This document shows positions 36,783-50,382 of a stretch of 64,000 nt of DNA, one piece after another. The translations under genes were made by a program, and so were the position numbers. The notes below the pieces were generated by a model that was given only the letters and a program-made list of their open reading frames with translations, did no database searches and was not told the origin of the DNA. The DNA comes from Bigelowiella natans CCMP2755 (taxonomy: Eukaryota > Protista > Cercozoa), in the NCBI GenBank assembly GCA_000320545.1, contig ADNK01000510.1, positions 114,764-178,763 of the forward strand, read 5' to 3'. Position 1 is the stretch's first letter; each line of letters starts with the position of its first letter.

Positions 36783-39700
36783 ATGCGGATTTTTGGTCAT
36801 GTGTGATTTGTCCAGAGCCATAAGAACGCCTGGATTTTTGAATCATCTTCTAACTTCCGATATCAAAGGGACAGCTAATAAATAAGGGATCGGATATAAT
36901 ACGGTTAAGAATATCTTTGATAGGCATGATTGCCATTTCTTGTCCCGCTGTTGGTGTTGTGATATGAAAAGGGATTGCAAGAAGCAAGGGCTGGGCGGCC
37001 AAAGTTTGTCTATTGGCCAAAGACTGGACACTTCGGAAAGATATCGATAATGGAACATAGAGGTGGAAGAGGAATGGCCATAGATGCGAAGGCTCCTTCT
37101 ATAGATGGTTATAAAAACCGCCCAGGCCGTTTTCATAGTCCGATCGTGGATACCCTGTGGTACTGCATTTCAACAAAAAAAGGCGATGAGATGTATATCT
37201 TCCATGATGAAGAGGATGAGAGCATACACGTGGAAGACGTTATACGGCAGAAGCTTGTATATATGATACTGGAGAAGGAAAATAGCGTCCTTGATAGCTT
37301 TGTTATTATGCTTTGATTATATGTAGGCAACTTCGCATGGACCTTGCAGAAGACTCAAGGAGGCTGCCGCTCGCACCCGTGAATGCAACGGTATAGTACA
37401 GAGAGAAATACTCTTTTAATCGTGACATTTAATGAAATAGTGCGAAGCGAAGTGTCTCTTCTAATACTATCTCTTTCACTGCAACTACATATTCGTTGTT
37501 GATAACATTTTTGATCAGGAGGCAGATTTGCCAGTAAAGTCACCTGAGGATAGTTGCACACGAGTTACCTACGATTTTAGCACAAACTACGCCCTTGCAG
37601 AGTCCTACCGAAGCCCATGTACCACACGAGCTTTTATGCCCTTAAAATATAATTCTCCCTCCTGATTCTCTGACCCAAATACTTAGGGGATCAAGTTAGG
37701 ATGGGCAAGGTTTGATAAGGATGTGGAGGGGGAGAAGGAAGAATAGCAAGTTAGAGGAGAGAAAAGATGAAGATGTTGCTTGATTCGAGCGGCGAATTCA
37801 AATGCCATGCACAGACAATAGTTGTCGTACCACCACTTCGAGTCGCATAAAGATTTCCTTTCTTTCTTATAGTAACGACGATAGAATAAGGCGTGTTGAC
37901 GTCATCGTCGTCCCCTCCTATGGGGCTTTGCATCCTGATGATTCCCAACATCTCTGTTGCTTCAAATAAATTGTTCTTTCTATTTCTCTATTATTTTCCT
38001 TCTTGATGCTGCAGATTCTCGAGGATCTGGATGCCATGGCCGGGAACGTAGCTATGCAGCACACGAGGCTAAAAGACAAGTAATATGCGAGTATACATCA
38101 TGTGTGTGTATTTATTTACATATGGGATAGTTAGCTATGATCTTATTTTAAACTGAGGATAGGGTGCAGACAAAAGAATAACTCCTTTCACTTCACCTGA
38201 CACTGATGGTGGTTATGAAGGCACAGGGAGCTGATGATTGTAACTGCGGGGGTAGACCGAATTACCTTGAACGGAAGGGCTAGTATCAAAGACGACATAG
38301 TCTTGGAAGTAAGTAATCGGACGACCTCAATGTTATTGATGGATAGCAACATGGGATGATGAACATGATGGCAATGATGACTACGAATACACCTTCGTGA
38401 TGATCATCATAATGCAAAAAGGGGAAGGTCACATGGACAGGAAGATCTTCCATGGAAATTGGTATGTCAGTCAAAACAAATGACTCCACCTGGTAACGCA
38501 ACGACTAGCAAAAGAAATAGTAGGACGTAAGACGTATTCAAGTTGTCCACAGCAGCAGATTTAGTAATAGTAAGGAGTGGTAGCTAATAATTATGGCGTT
38601 GACCAATTGTCTCTTTTGAAGCCACTAGGTTATATTCTCCCACTCTCCTTCCTCTGCCCCTGTAGGATATGTGCTAACTTTACATTTGTGGCGCGCGAGC
38701 CGTCTACAGGTCCAACAGCACTGCGTGGAGAAAAATTACCTTGTTTGATCTAAAATAAGGGAGAAGAGGCTACGAAGATGATGCTTACATCCACTTGTAT
38801 TTTATTAGGGAAAGCCGCTCTCGTGAACCCAATCGTTCCGTCGACGGTATTGTCGCTCACACATGCACGCGTGCATACAGAAACACGAAAAACAAAGCAT
38901 AAGCAAATGGCGTAATGATTGCACTTATTTTAAGCCGACTGTCCCCCATCATACCAATTTTTTGGTTCTTCTCCTGTTCTTAGGATGACGAACGAATAGC
39001 CTTTGAGCGTGCAGCGCAGCGCCAAAACCTGAAAAAACTCAAAAGGTAGATCAAAATAAAATCAGTCCTTTATCCTTGTCGCTAATACTCTCTGAGCAAT
39101 AGTGGTGTGGGGGTGGGTGGGTCGCAGTGGTTGTATTATTGCTAGATGTGATAGATGTCTTCTACTTAATTTTGATCTGATCCTCTCTTTTTCGGTTCCC
39201 AGGACGTCATCGGATGGAGAATTAGCGTTGAAGCAACGCGAACAGACGAAGAGTATAATCGGAAATCTTCTGGAAAAAGTATTCTGTGATACTCTCTTCC
39301 CTTTTCTTCCTCTTTATTAGTTGTTATTGTACTTCTCCCCGTCATCACCGTCTCCCCCCTCCTTGCTGCACTAACATTACTAACCGATGCATCACCTAAC
39401 TGTTACTACTTAGGCAGCGCCGTTGAAACGCATGCCGGCTCTTGCAGACAAGAACTCTATCCTCATGTCGTTTTCTTCCCATTTTTTTGCTGTTTCGCTC
39501 GCCAATTTGGATCTTTTGAGATTGTGTTAATTCACATTTCTAAAACTTTGTTTCTTCTTTCTCGTTTCCTGGCCTCTACCCTCCCCTTTCGCCCCCCTTT
39601 TTCCTGATTACTTTCTCCACCGTATAACAGGTACAAGACCGCACTTTCGAATGCGTTGACTTGTCAGCCGCAGGGGCAGAACATCCACGGGCGGATCTTC

Positions 39701-41033
39701 GGAGGGTGGGTGTAATCAAATCTTTTCATGGAGGGAGAATCAGATGTAGCATATTGATGGTGGTGATAATGATACCTATAACGAAGAGGGTGGTGGTGAC
39801 TTCAGATTCTTGATGAGGAGGGCATTTGAACTGGCCCACGCCACAGCTCAACTATTTTCAGGTTGTAGCAATACATTCCTGCAGTTTATCTTTCATTAAT
39901 TCACAACAACCATTAAAGAAAAGCGTTTTCTTATCCTTCTCCCCGCGTCTCCTAAGGAGGAGAAATTATTTTTCTGGAAGTGGACGATGTAACTTTCAAA
40001 CGCCCAGTTAATATAGGAGATCTACTCCAGGTTCTTACCGCTGTCTCGTATGTACTACCCCATCATTGTGGTCGTTCATTTACGCACCATCCCACCTCTC
40101 CCGTATTTCAATCACCATTTGTACCATTACGACTTGACAACGCAAATGTAATGTAACAAGATTGGAAATTATAATTGTGCCATGATAATGGGTTTCGCAT
40201 CAGCTGGAGAGCGTGGTTTTATACACACAGCAGAAGGATGAGAGGAGCCTCGCTGGTACTAACAGCAGCAATAGTAGCCGCCAACGAAAAAGAAAATATC
40301 ATGGAAAACTTTTAACGACCACGCAGATCATCAAGTTTCTTTCGCGGTGCTTGTAATTTTCTGTGCTTAGGAACCGATCATCGGCCGCATCCTGAGATTC
40401 ATGTGGAGGTACTGTAGTAGTTGTAGTAGTTATAGTAGAAGTAGTACACATTTCACAACTTTAGAAGTAGTGTTTTTATGCCCACACATACATAGATTTT
40501 TACACACAATTGATATATTGGCATGTATAAGGTTGTCGCCTACGTAACGGACCCTTCAAAGCTAACGAGGTGCACATTCAAATAACTCCTTTCCTCATCT
40601 TCCGCGTGAACAAGACAACAACATAGACCAAAATGTGAAAGCCCTTTACGGAAAAGTTTGTCCTCCTAGTCTCCCTAATTTCTATCGTCTATTACCCTTC
40701 TAATTTAGTCATGTGTCCAACACCTTCAACTTCACATTCGCAGTGAGGAATAAGGAGAAGGTATATTGCCATTTCTAAGATAGTTTCAATGTCAGCCAAT
40801 AATCTTATTAATTGTTTCGTTCACACCACGCTTTTTTTACATGGCAGGTGCTAGCGGTGTACCCGGGGACGGAACTTGAAGCCGAACGTGTGGTCCGAAT
40901 GATGCTCACAGACAAGGTTTGAATGCAGTAGCAAAACTAAAGAAGACTGTTCTCATCGTTGTGATTGTTGATTCATCTCTAACTTTGGATGCAGGAGCAA
41001 GAAGAGCACGATCTAGCTACAATGGCCAGTTGA
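36783..41033 (+). CDS. ACOT9: Double hotdog-fold acyl-CoA thioesterase (ACOT9-like)
   Basis: Exons: YRSP|..VRMGK|ILEDLDAMAGNVA, VTAGVDRI, GKVTWTGRSSMEI, ANFTFVAR, PQGQNIHGRIFGG|FLMRRAFELA, FLEVDDVTFKRPVNIGDLL, SNTFNFTF. Confidence 0.88.
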
Positions 41034-41712
41034 GCCCTTCGAGACACCTCATTAGTGCGTGTAGTGAACATCTAGACACGTCGTCCACCCTTCACAGAGT
41101 GTGCTACGCTTCTATCGACATTGCCATTCACTTGTGGAGGTTGAATGAACGGCAGATGTGCTAGCTCCACTCATTTTGATGAGAGTGAGTGCGTGATCGA
41201 TGTTCAAGAATGAAACACACGCATGCTTGCTTGAACTCATGCAACAACGTGTGCAGAGAGAGCGCTTGGCATGTGGCTTTCACGTTGTCTGGTTGTCAAA
41301 ACGTGGCAGCTTGTCTCATGAAAGAGGCGTCCTCTTGGGGTCGCATTCAAAACGTGTCTGTGCATGTGCACAGCCTCTCCTTCTAGCCTTGACACTTTTC
41401 ATGAAGCTACACGCGGCTGGATACGATTCATTAGCATGCAATTTGTTCCAAATGCACAATTGGCGTGTTTTTATTGCAGCGCATCATCTCAGCGCATGTC
41501 TGATCACATTCTTCTCCTTTGCACCGCCACCATGATTCGTGTTCACGAAGCGAACTTTTCAAATGCAACGATTTGCAATGGACAAGTCGACATTACGACA
41601 CAACAGTACTCATTGTCGCAGGTGTGAAATCTACGTCGTTCGACAACAAAAAAAACCATGACAAAAAATTGACAATGAAAGTGGTGTAGAAACAAAAGCA
41701 TTTCATCAAAAC

Positions 41713-44245
41713 ATGGACTCCCAAGTTCACACAGCGATGGAGGACAAGTCAGTTCCATCTAACATTGGATGGCAAGAAGCTAATGAGTATTGGAACGATG
41801 ATTTGTGCGACGACGATTATGAGCCCTCCGCACAGAACACGATGTCTACGCGCTGGATCGTGTACCAAAATTCAAAGGAGTACCGTGTCTGGTGGACCAT
41901 AGTTGCGTTGTTGGCAATGACTTCCGGGTTTTTACCAGTTTGAGTAGTCATATTCTTGTTGCGAACAGTGTTCTAAGTAAATATTCTTGCAGATTTATCA
42001 CTCCCTTCTCCATGTCTTTTTACCCGAAAATGAAGGATACGGAACTACCGTTGGATGTAGAGATACACATTCATAAATTTATTCCATAGTGTAAACTGAT
42101 GCACCCTGTTTCAGGCGTTCTTTTACATGGACATTGTGCTATCGTTTTTTGTCAGCACAAATCGTGGTATGAAAAACATGGTATTAGAATCTGGTTTATT
42201 TGTGTCAGTTTCCATCTTAAATAAATTTTAGGGGAACATTCTGTGAATCATCGACATATTGCCCTGAACTATGCGAAGCGAGATCTTTGGGTTGATATTC
42301 TCTCTGTATTTCCATTCACTGCGGTATGATCCAAGTGATTTCAATGTATGCGCGATTGTCTATCACAAACTTGTACCATCCAGATCTTTGGAGAAAATGG
42401 ATATCTACGTTTTCTTAGACTATTTCGCTTGCTGAGGTATTGAATTCAAAGTCTGAATCGCACCTTTCCATAGAATCTTGCCAACATCATTTCAAATTGT
42501 AGGCTGCGGAGTTTATTCAGCTACTTAGCGATGATGGAGAAACGACATTGGGTATCCAGCTCTGAGTTGTTAAAATATCATTTTGAAATGGATGAGAAAT
42601 AGGTATCCTATTTCTGGCTCTCAATGTTCAAGTATCTAATGGTGGCTGTTTACAATTCTCATTGGTCTGCTTGTATCTTCTATGTGTAAGTTCGAAAAGA
42701 TAGCCGTAGTCAATCCCAGCTTTGAATCGGTGGATATATCTATCAGTCTAGCCGAAATTCATAATTTTGACGTGACTACCTGGATCTTCAATAATAGTCC
42801 TGGACTTGAAATCGAACCGAGTGCAACACGGTAATCATCCCTAATACCAACTTGTAGGCTGATGATGGTATGGCATCTATATTTTGAATCTGAAAGATAT
42901 ATCACCTCATTATACTGGGCCATAACGACTCTTTCTACAGTCGGGTATGACTTCTACCAGATGTTTATCAGAGTTCATAAGTCTTTTGAATATCAGATAT
43001 GGAGATATATCGCCGCAGAATAATGATGAACGTGCTTGGGTTATCAAATCTATTTGTGACTGTTTTCACTTTATTTACATATTTTATTTACATGCTTAGA
43101 CGATGATTTATATGCTCATCAATCTTGCCCTTACATCTTACTTGATCGGTAAGAAGAGAAATGGTATAGCATGCTCGTAATGAACACTGCCGACATAATT
43201 GTTAACCTAGGCAACTTAACTCAATTGATCTCAAAGAAAGATTCAAAGAGAGCTGAGTTTCGTGAATACTTGGGTAGTTAAAAACTTCTGTTGTCAACTC
43301 ATTGATATTGATATTAACCTGTAATCCGAAGACTCGATGTCGGACTTTATGAATAGAAATAATGTGGATCCTAAGCTTCATAAAGAGGTTGAATAATTCA
43401 ATAAGATTGAATGTGTTTGATAGTTACTTTTGTCCTAGATAATTCTCTACATGATTTTGCAAGAGCGGTTAAGTATTGCCCAGAGAACTAAGGTTGACAA
43501 GAACAGCAAACGGTGTAGTATTCTGTTCTAAACATACACCGCTCAATAGGCTATGGAATGTCTTCCGAAAGGACTTCGGTTATCGATTCGTTTGGATCAA
43601 TATCAGGTCGTAATATAATTTGTCAATTAGTTTAAAACTTGGAAATGATTTCAATAAGTGACTAGGCATTGCTCAATGAAGTCGACATTTTCCAGAATGT
43701 AGGTCCAATTAAGGCTAATCATATGATCAGTTCTTAGTTCTTACTATTACTTGCTCGAAAAAGGTTAGTTCTGCATTCTTTGATAAAGTACTTGAATTCA
43801 CTGAAGAGGAGCTCTATATGAAGGTAGAATAAACGTATTTATCCAGAGTTTCTTTCCCATAAATTTATGTATGTTAGGGCATGCATATCATTAATGCAGG
43901 AGATTATGGATCACATTTCTACATTATCCTTGAAGGTATTTATTCTTTAGCCTGAAGGGTGCGAATGAAGTATCCATAGATTAGTTTCATTTTGAACATT
44001 AATGTTGTAATTCGTAAGATATGTAAAGCAGAGAACATCCTACGCATGTATAATTTATTAAGGCGAATGTGAAGTACTACTACCAAGATGTAATGAGGTA
44101 AAGAACTCGTAGAACCCTTGATACGGTATTCAAATGAGTATATCACATAGGCTTCAGTGATATTGGGTCGTGGAGGTCATTTTGGTGCTGCAGGTTTTTT
44201 CGCTGGATTAAGACAACCTTGCACGGTTTATATCATATACTCATA

Positions 44246-44281
<36 letters not shown>

Positions 44282-45489
44282 CATATACATATAATTTTTC
44301 CCTTTGAACTCCCCGTTTTTGAGAAACATCTTCTTCTCAGACACTTTCCTAACATAGATACGTGTGTTGAAGCCATGTCTTCTCCTAAAAATATCGAGTG
44401 ATCTGAAGTCAGAACTGGTAATTAATCATTATCTCAATGATATTGAAAATCATTTTAGTGCTACCAGGTTGGCCCATTGGCTCAAGACCTTCTAAATGTG
44501 CTGCAGAGTATTGCTAAACGTTGGCAGAGGTAATAGAAACACTGTTGAATCAAAATATACTAGGGACATCCAAGACGCATGCCTACAGGATGTACCAAAT
44601 GGAACATTCGAAGTTGAAGCCAATGCACATACAACCTATTAGGCTTCAAATACGGGTGAAGAGAGGAATGATGATTAAAGGTGTAAGGAATAGACGATTA
44701 GGAGAATCAAACCCAGACACGAAAATGGACGATAGTATGTCATCAAGTGCGCACAGTAAATACCATAATGAGTCGACACGGGGCACACCTCAAAAAATTA
44801 CCATCAAGAAATACTGGGAACCTCTCAGAAAAACAGCAGATTTGACCTTCCAGGCCATGACAAACTTTGTGCAGTACTATGAGCACGGTATGTCTACAGA
44901 GCTATGCCAATATGCCTCAAAGGGGAATCACAAGAGTTTACGTAAATATTTAAGTGGAATGCAACTCGATAGTGACTCAGGTGACTATGATGGACGAATT
45001 CCTCTACATCTTGCAGCAGCAAACGGTCAATTGGATGCTTGCAGGGTTCTCATTGCACATGGAGCAAATCCCTCTCAAAAGGATAGATGGGGACGGACTC
45101 CACTCTTAGAAGCAGTAGAAAACGAACACGATAAAATAATAGACTTCCTTTTGCTTAAAAAAGCAGAGATATGCCTTACAAAACCTGGTCAATATTTCTG
45201 CAATGCTGCCTTTAATTCGAAGATAGATCTTCTCAAGAGGCTTTGCAGAGCTGGCGCGGATGTGGATTCTGCGGATTACGATAAGAGATGTGCCCTGCAT
45301 TTAGCAGCAGCAGGGGGAAACATTAAAATTTGCAAAGTACTTGTAGAAGCTAAAGCAAATGTTGACATACGAGATAGATGGGGGGAGTGTCCAATTGAAT
45401 CAGCCCTCCAAGCAAATCACAAAAATGTTGTTGATTTTCTCCGAAAATTCAGTAAAAATGAAAAATGTAGACATGAGTGTAAACACTGA
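41713..45489 (+). CDS. Shaker/AKT-SKOR-type cyclic-nucleotide-binding-domain K+ channel with C-terminal ankyrin repeats
   Basis: S4 LRFLRLFRLLR; pore ITSLYWAITTLSTVG|YGDISPQN; cNMP-type segment IINAGDYGSHFYIILEG; ankyrins DYDGRIPLHLAAANG, DRWGRTPLLEA, DYDKRCALHLAAAGG; about 20 short introns. Confidence 0.92.
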
Positions 45490-46248
45490 TAAATATCGGG
45501 GATCACCATGATCTACATCTTCGGAGTTAACACAGTGTTGCTTGGGAAGATTGCGTGCCTCCTGACTCGCGCATCTTGGAATTGTAATCACACACTGAAT
45601 TAATTCAAGGATGTTCCAAACTCACATTCTTTATTTGAAAATTAAGATTTTCTTATTAATCTGCTCTGACAGTTCATCGATTGTTACTTATGACACAATT
45701 GTGCGGCTCTAAAAACGAAATTAGCTAACATTTACCTACCTTTCTACATTTGGACCATGCTCCTTCAATGTGGTACAGGAAATATTTATAAGCAAATAGA
45801 TGAGCGTAATCAAAAAAATGTGAATCCTTTTACAGACAGAGAAATGCATGTCCAGAAAACAATATGTAGATGATTTCAACTGCTGGAGCAGCGAGTAGAC
45901 AAGTCACATTTTGATTTATTAATGCGCATCAATGCTTACAGTTAGCGCCTACCTAGCTACCAACATCACTGAAACATGATTGCACATGATGCTTGCATAG
46001 ATGACATCCTGCTAGCTTGCCTGAGATGATCATGCACAATTGCATGACACCTGTAGCCATGCAGCATGTGTTGTTTTGCAATCATGTTGTAGCACTGGTT
46101 CGACACTACTGACTAGATGTGGTGCTACCTAGCTAGCTAGCTAGGGTGGTACAAAGATGTGCATGTTAGGACGCAACTCTGCATGACAAATGGCTAGATG
46201 GATTGGATTGCAAGTCTTTAAGCGCAATTGATGCGATTGAGCCACGAA

Positions 46249-47969
46249 CTATTCATGCAAAAAGTATTTTTTGTGTTTGAGATAGAAGGGTTGAGCGTCA
46301 AAGATAGCATCTAGAAATCCCGACCGCATCCTTCCTATAGTAGAGAGGCAGAGCTCATCCTTTGCTCTTGTCATTCCAACGTAAAGTAATCGCCTTTCTT
46401 CTTCAATACTCTCTATACTTTCTTGCGAGAAAAAGTGCGGGATCAGTCCTTCACAGCATCCCGCGATCACTACGGTGTCGAATTCTTTACCCTTGGAGCT
46501 GTGTAGCGTGCCAATAATTACTGGATTTCGTCGCCCAGCATCTTCGTTACTTGGGCTGGTTGAACTGTTATCGTCCGGAGCGCCGAGAACTAAGGTCTGC
46601 ACAAACCGGAGTACTGACGCACCGGTGTTTATTTCACTACCAGTATCGTCAACATTGTCTATCAAGCTAACGAACTTCTCCTCTGCCTGTGCCATCATCA
46701 CTAGCATGGTAATCGGATCAAATTCTCTGGGATCATCTTCCTCATCGCCAACCTGATTTCCATCGTCGCCTGCCAATATAAAGCCCTCACGATAGCGTGT
46801 AAGCGTGAGGATCCTTTCGATGACTTCGTAGGTTGGCATCGGTGGGGATGTTTTGCCAAGGTTCTTTAGTTCCAACAAGACCCTTCCTAACTCGGCTGCG
46901 GCTGCGATTGTACGCTTTGGTATCCGTGCTTTTACTACCTCGCTAAGAGACTGGGCTCCGGAACTATCGTCGTTGCGTTCGGCAGCGACCTCTTCCGCCG
47001 CTGATCCTTGACTCTGCTTCTTTGTCTGATCCTGTCCTGCCTCGCAAGTCTCGTTTAGGGAGGAGGCAGCGTGTGTTCTATAGATATCCATTACCAGCGA
47101 CGCGCAAGACATGTTGAGGGACTCCGCCGTCGCTTGTATCGCACCCCAACCCTTGAGGCCCAAGCTGCGGCGTGGAACATTATAGATGCGCTCCAGCGCC
47201 GCCTGAAAAGCAAGCAAGGAGAACAATCGCCTGTGATCAGAGCTGAGGAGGGCGATTGTTATATTTGCAGAAACCAGATGGTGGCGGCATATATGGTCTA
47301 GATGGTGTGGTGTGGACATGGAGATTGACACAGCATTAATATTGATAGAGAGTAACACCACGTTCAAGCATAACTGTTACACACTATTGTCATCATCATC
47401 ATCATCATTGTCATCATCATCACCCTATCTTCGACGTTGGCAACAAGCCTGAGGTAAGATAGCACGTCCTTAACCTGACACAATCATCACCATATCACAC
47501 TGAAACAAACGACTTCATTAGGGAGAAGTAGGAAGGAAGAGGAAGAGAGGAGTAAAGGACATAGACAAGGAAACCAACAACACCTCTGCTCTATCCGAGA
47601 GTCCAATCGCTTGCAGGTTCTGGCAATAGATTCCTCGCATCCGTAGTGATTTTTCTATGTGTTTGCCTGAAGACAATTACGATGAAAGTCTGAAGGGGAT
47701 ATATGCATCTGAAGACAAACGACACTTGCTCGTGATTAAGTGACGTTACAGGTAAAAACTGCTTTTCAGCAGCGATGATGATGATGATGATGATGATGAT
47801 AATCAAGACAATATAAACATGTGTGAGGTAGGAAGTCAGTCTCCTTTTATTTTTTGGTGTGGGAGAGAGGCAGACTTGGAAGCTTTTTGACACCACCCTG
47901 GACTACTTTCACTTTATTGCTATCACTACCATTCATTATTCGTATACACGCAGGCGACGAGCAACACCC

Positions 47970-48006
<37 letters not shown>

Positions 48007-48617
48007 CCCACGCACCTTGATTTCTCGTCCTATATAGAACTGCAATATCCTGAATGACGGAGTTCGTGTTGATGAGATGTTGTATATCTACGGTGTCATT
48101 ACCTAGTCACCTTATCATGATCATCTTCTTTTCCTTTTCCTTCTTTATTGGCGCTGCGGTAGTAGCGTGAAGCGACCCAATCGGCAATAGCCTCGGCTTC
48201 CTTCCTCATCTCTGTGATAATAGAAACGACGAGGTGTGATGTCATGCAATATCGCTGTCCCCAGGTGTGCTCGTGCTCAGGTATCTTGCACGTCAATGAC
48301 TGCCACTGCAGTGTGTATGTTGCTTGTGGGTGATATGGGAGAAAGGAGAAGAAACTTAAAGAAAAGAGGGAGAGAGAGAAAGAGAGAGAAAGGAAGAGAG
48401 AGATGTGAGGAGAATCTCTGTTACATGCAATCACGAAGGTACCTCTCATTGAGACTTTGAACGTTGATTGATTCATGGGGCTATATGATTGATCGCGATT
48501 CATGGAGGAGGAACTTTTCTTCCCCTCTTTAGACGCGTCAAGAGCTGCATATTCTTTTTCATCTCCTTCTTCACCCTCAAGGAGCGTGATTCTACCCCAA
48601 CCTGATGATGATAATGG

Positions 48618-48652
<35 letters not shown>

Positions 48653-49798
48653 GTGATGATGATTATGACGACTATCATATTACTATTGTTATTACACCTT
48701 TATGAAAGTGATGATAATAACAATGGGTGATGATCAACATCCTCAATAGCAGCAGCAGTAGCTCTGTTACTACCAGTATCTTCCTCGTCCTCCTTCTCAC
48801 GCAGTTCCTCGCACTGCTTCTCCTCCTCACATCCCTCATCATCTTCTAGGTTCTTTCCCAGTACTAACCTAAGTAGAGCAATAACAACGTAATGCTTGTC
48901 AAATATCCCCCCTCGCCATAAGAACAGCAAATCGCTACTTCTCCTATTCCTCCCTCCTGTGCGGAATATATCTCCTCTTCTTACCCCCTCCCCTCTTTCC
49001 CCTCCTCGTCCTACCTTGCTGCATGGACGATGGACTTGAGCGAGCGATAGTTAAGATAAAGAGAGAAAACGCGGCAGTCAGGGTAAGCTTCATGGAATGC
49101 TTCTTGACATCGCAGATCTGCTCCCCGCCACCCTGCGAAATACGAGGAGGAGGAGGAGGAGGAGGAGGAGGAGGAGAATGGAACAGACGAAAGTGTAAGT
49201 ATATATATGTGTGTGTGTGTGTGTGTGTGGTTAGCAATTTAATAGCCACCAACCATAAATGCTCTGGTCCTCATCACCCACGACGAACAGGCTGACATCA
49301 TCCTCTTTCCCTATCCCCGCTCCATTGTGCGAAGATAATGCGGGGGAGGATGACGAGACGGGTGAGAGCAAGCGAATGAGTTCCAGCTGAAACTGAACAA
49401 CACATATTTCATCGATGCACTTTCTGAGAGGATCCTTTGTGTCGAGATAGCATATTTCGAACCACGAGCTAGCCAGCCATTATACATATCTAACGACTTA
49501 CAATATTGTTAATGCATTTTACCCCATGCACACAGGTACAAAAAAGTACAATACTTACGGCAAAAAGATACTGTTGGATGTGATTTTGAGCAAGTTGGTG
49601 GGTGCTTGCGGTTATAACAACTATTCTTACTACAAACCCGGTTTATATCTTGAAACTCATCCACCAAGATGTGCTTGTGTCGATAACGTGTATCCTCGAG
49701 CGTCTGGGAAAAGAAAGACAACATTAACAACAAAATAAAGAATGACGCCAACAAAAGAAACTAGGGGATCAATTTTCCCACCACGAGCAGGAAGAGAA

Positions 49799-49851
<53 letters not shown>

Positions 49852-50333
49852 TAGAGAGACGAGAAGCCACATAGCTCAGTTTAAGGGAGCAGTATGAACC
49901 TTATACTAGAAGTGATGTGATGGTGATGATGGCGATATTTGATATTTTCTGGCATGCTGGAATGATAACGACGACAATGAATCATCATCCTATGACTCCT
50001 CCTCCTTTACCTCCCATATTCTTACTTACCCCTCTATCTTCCAGTAGCGCCTTGATCGGTAGGAGGATCAGATCATCAAAGTCCACACAATTCTCGACTC
50101 TGGTAAGTGAGTAATAATAAGAAATAGGACAAGGGGAACGAGGAGGAGGGCAAGGTTGAGGAGGAGGAGAAGGAGGAGGAGGAGGAGGAGGAGGAGGATG
50201 TGCACAATTCAACCGTAGAGCCCAAGAAAGGACATGAATCTGTTATGCTTGACGTTTGTGCGGTGGTACCGTTGCATCCGCTCATACTCCTCAAAACCTC
50301 AGGCGTGAAAAGGATTTGCTTCTATCGTGAGAA

Positions 50334-50382
<49 letters not shown>

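Noticed and set aside
11692-41033. Phylloquinone/menaquinone cluster (CoA ligase + MenG + hotdog thioesterase)
   Set aside because: The ligase is LACS/CAR-like rather than MenE, the thioesterase is ACOT9-like rather than MenI, and unrelated genes intervene
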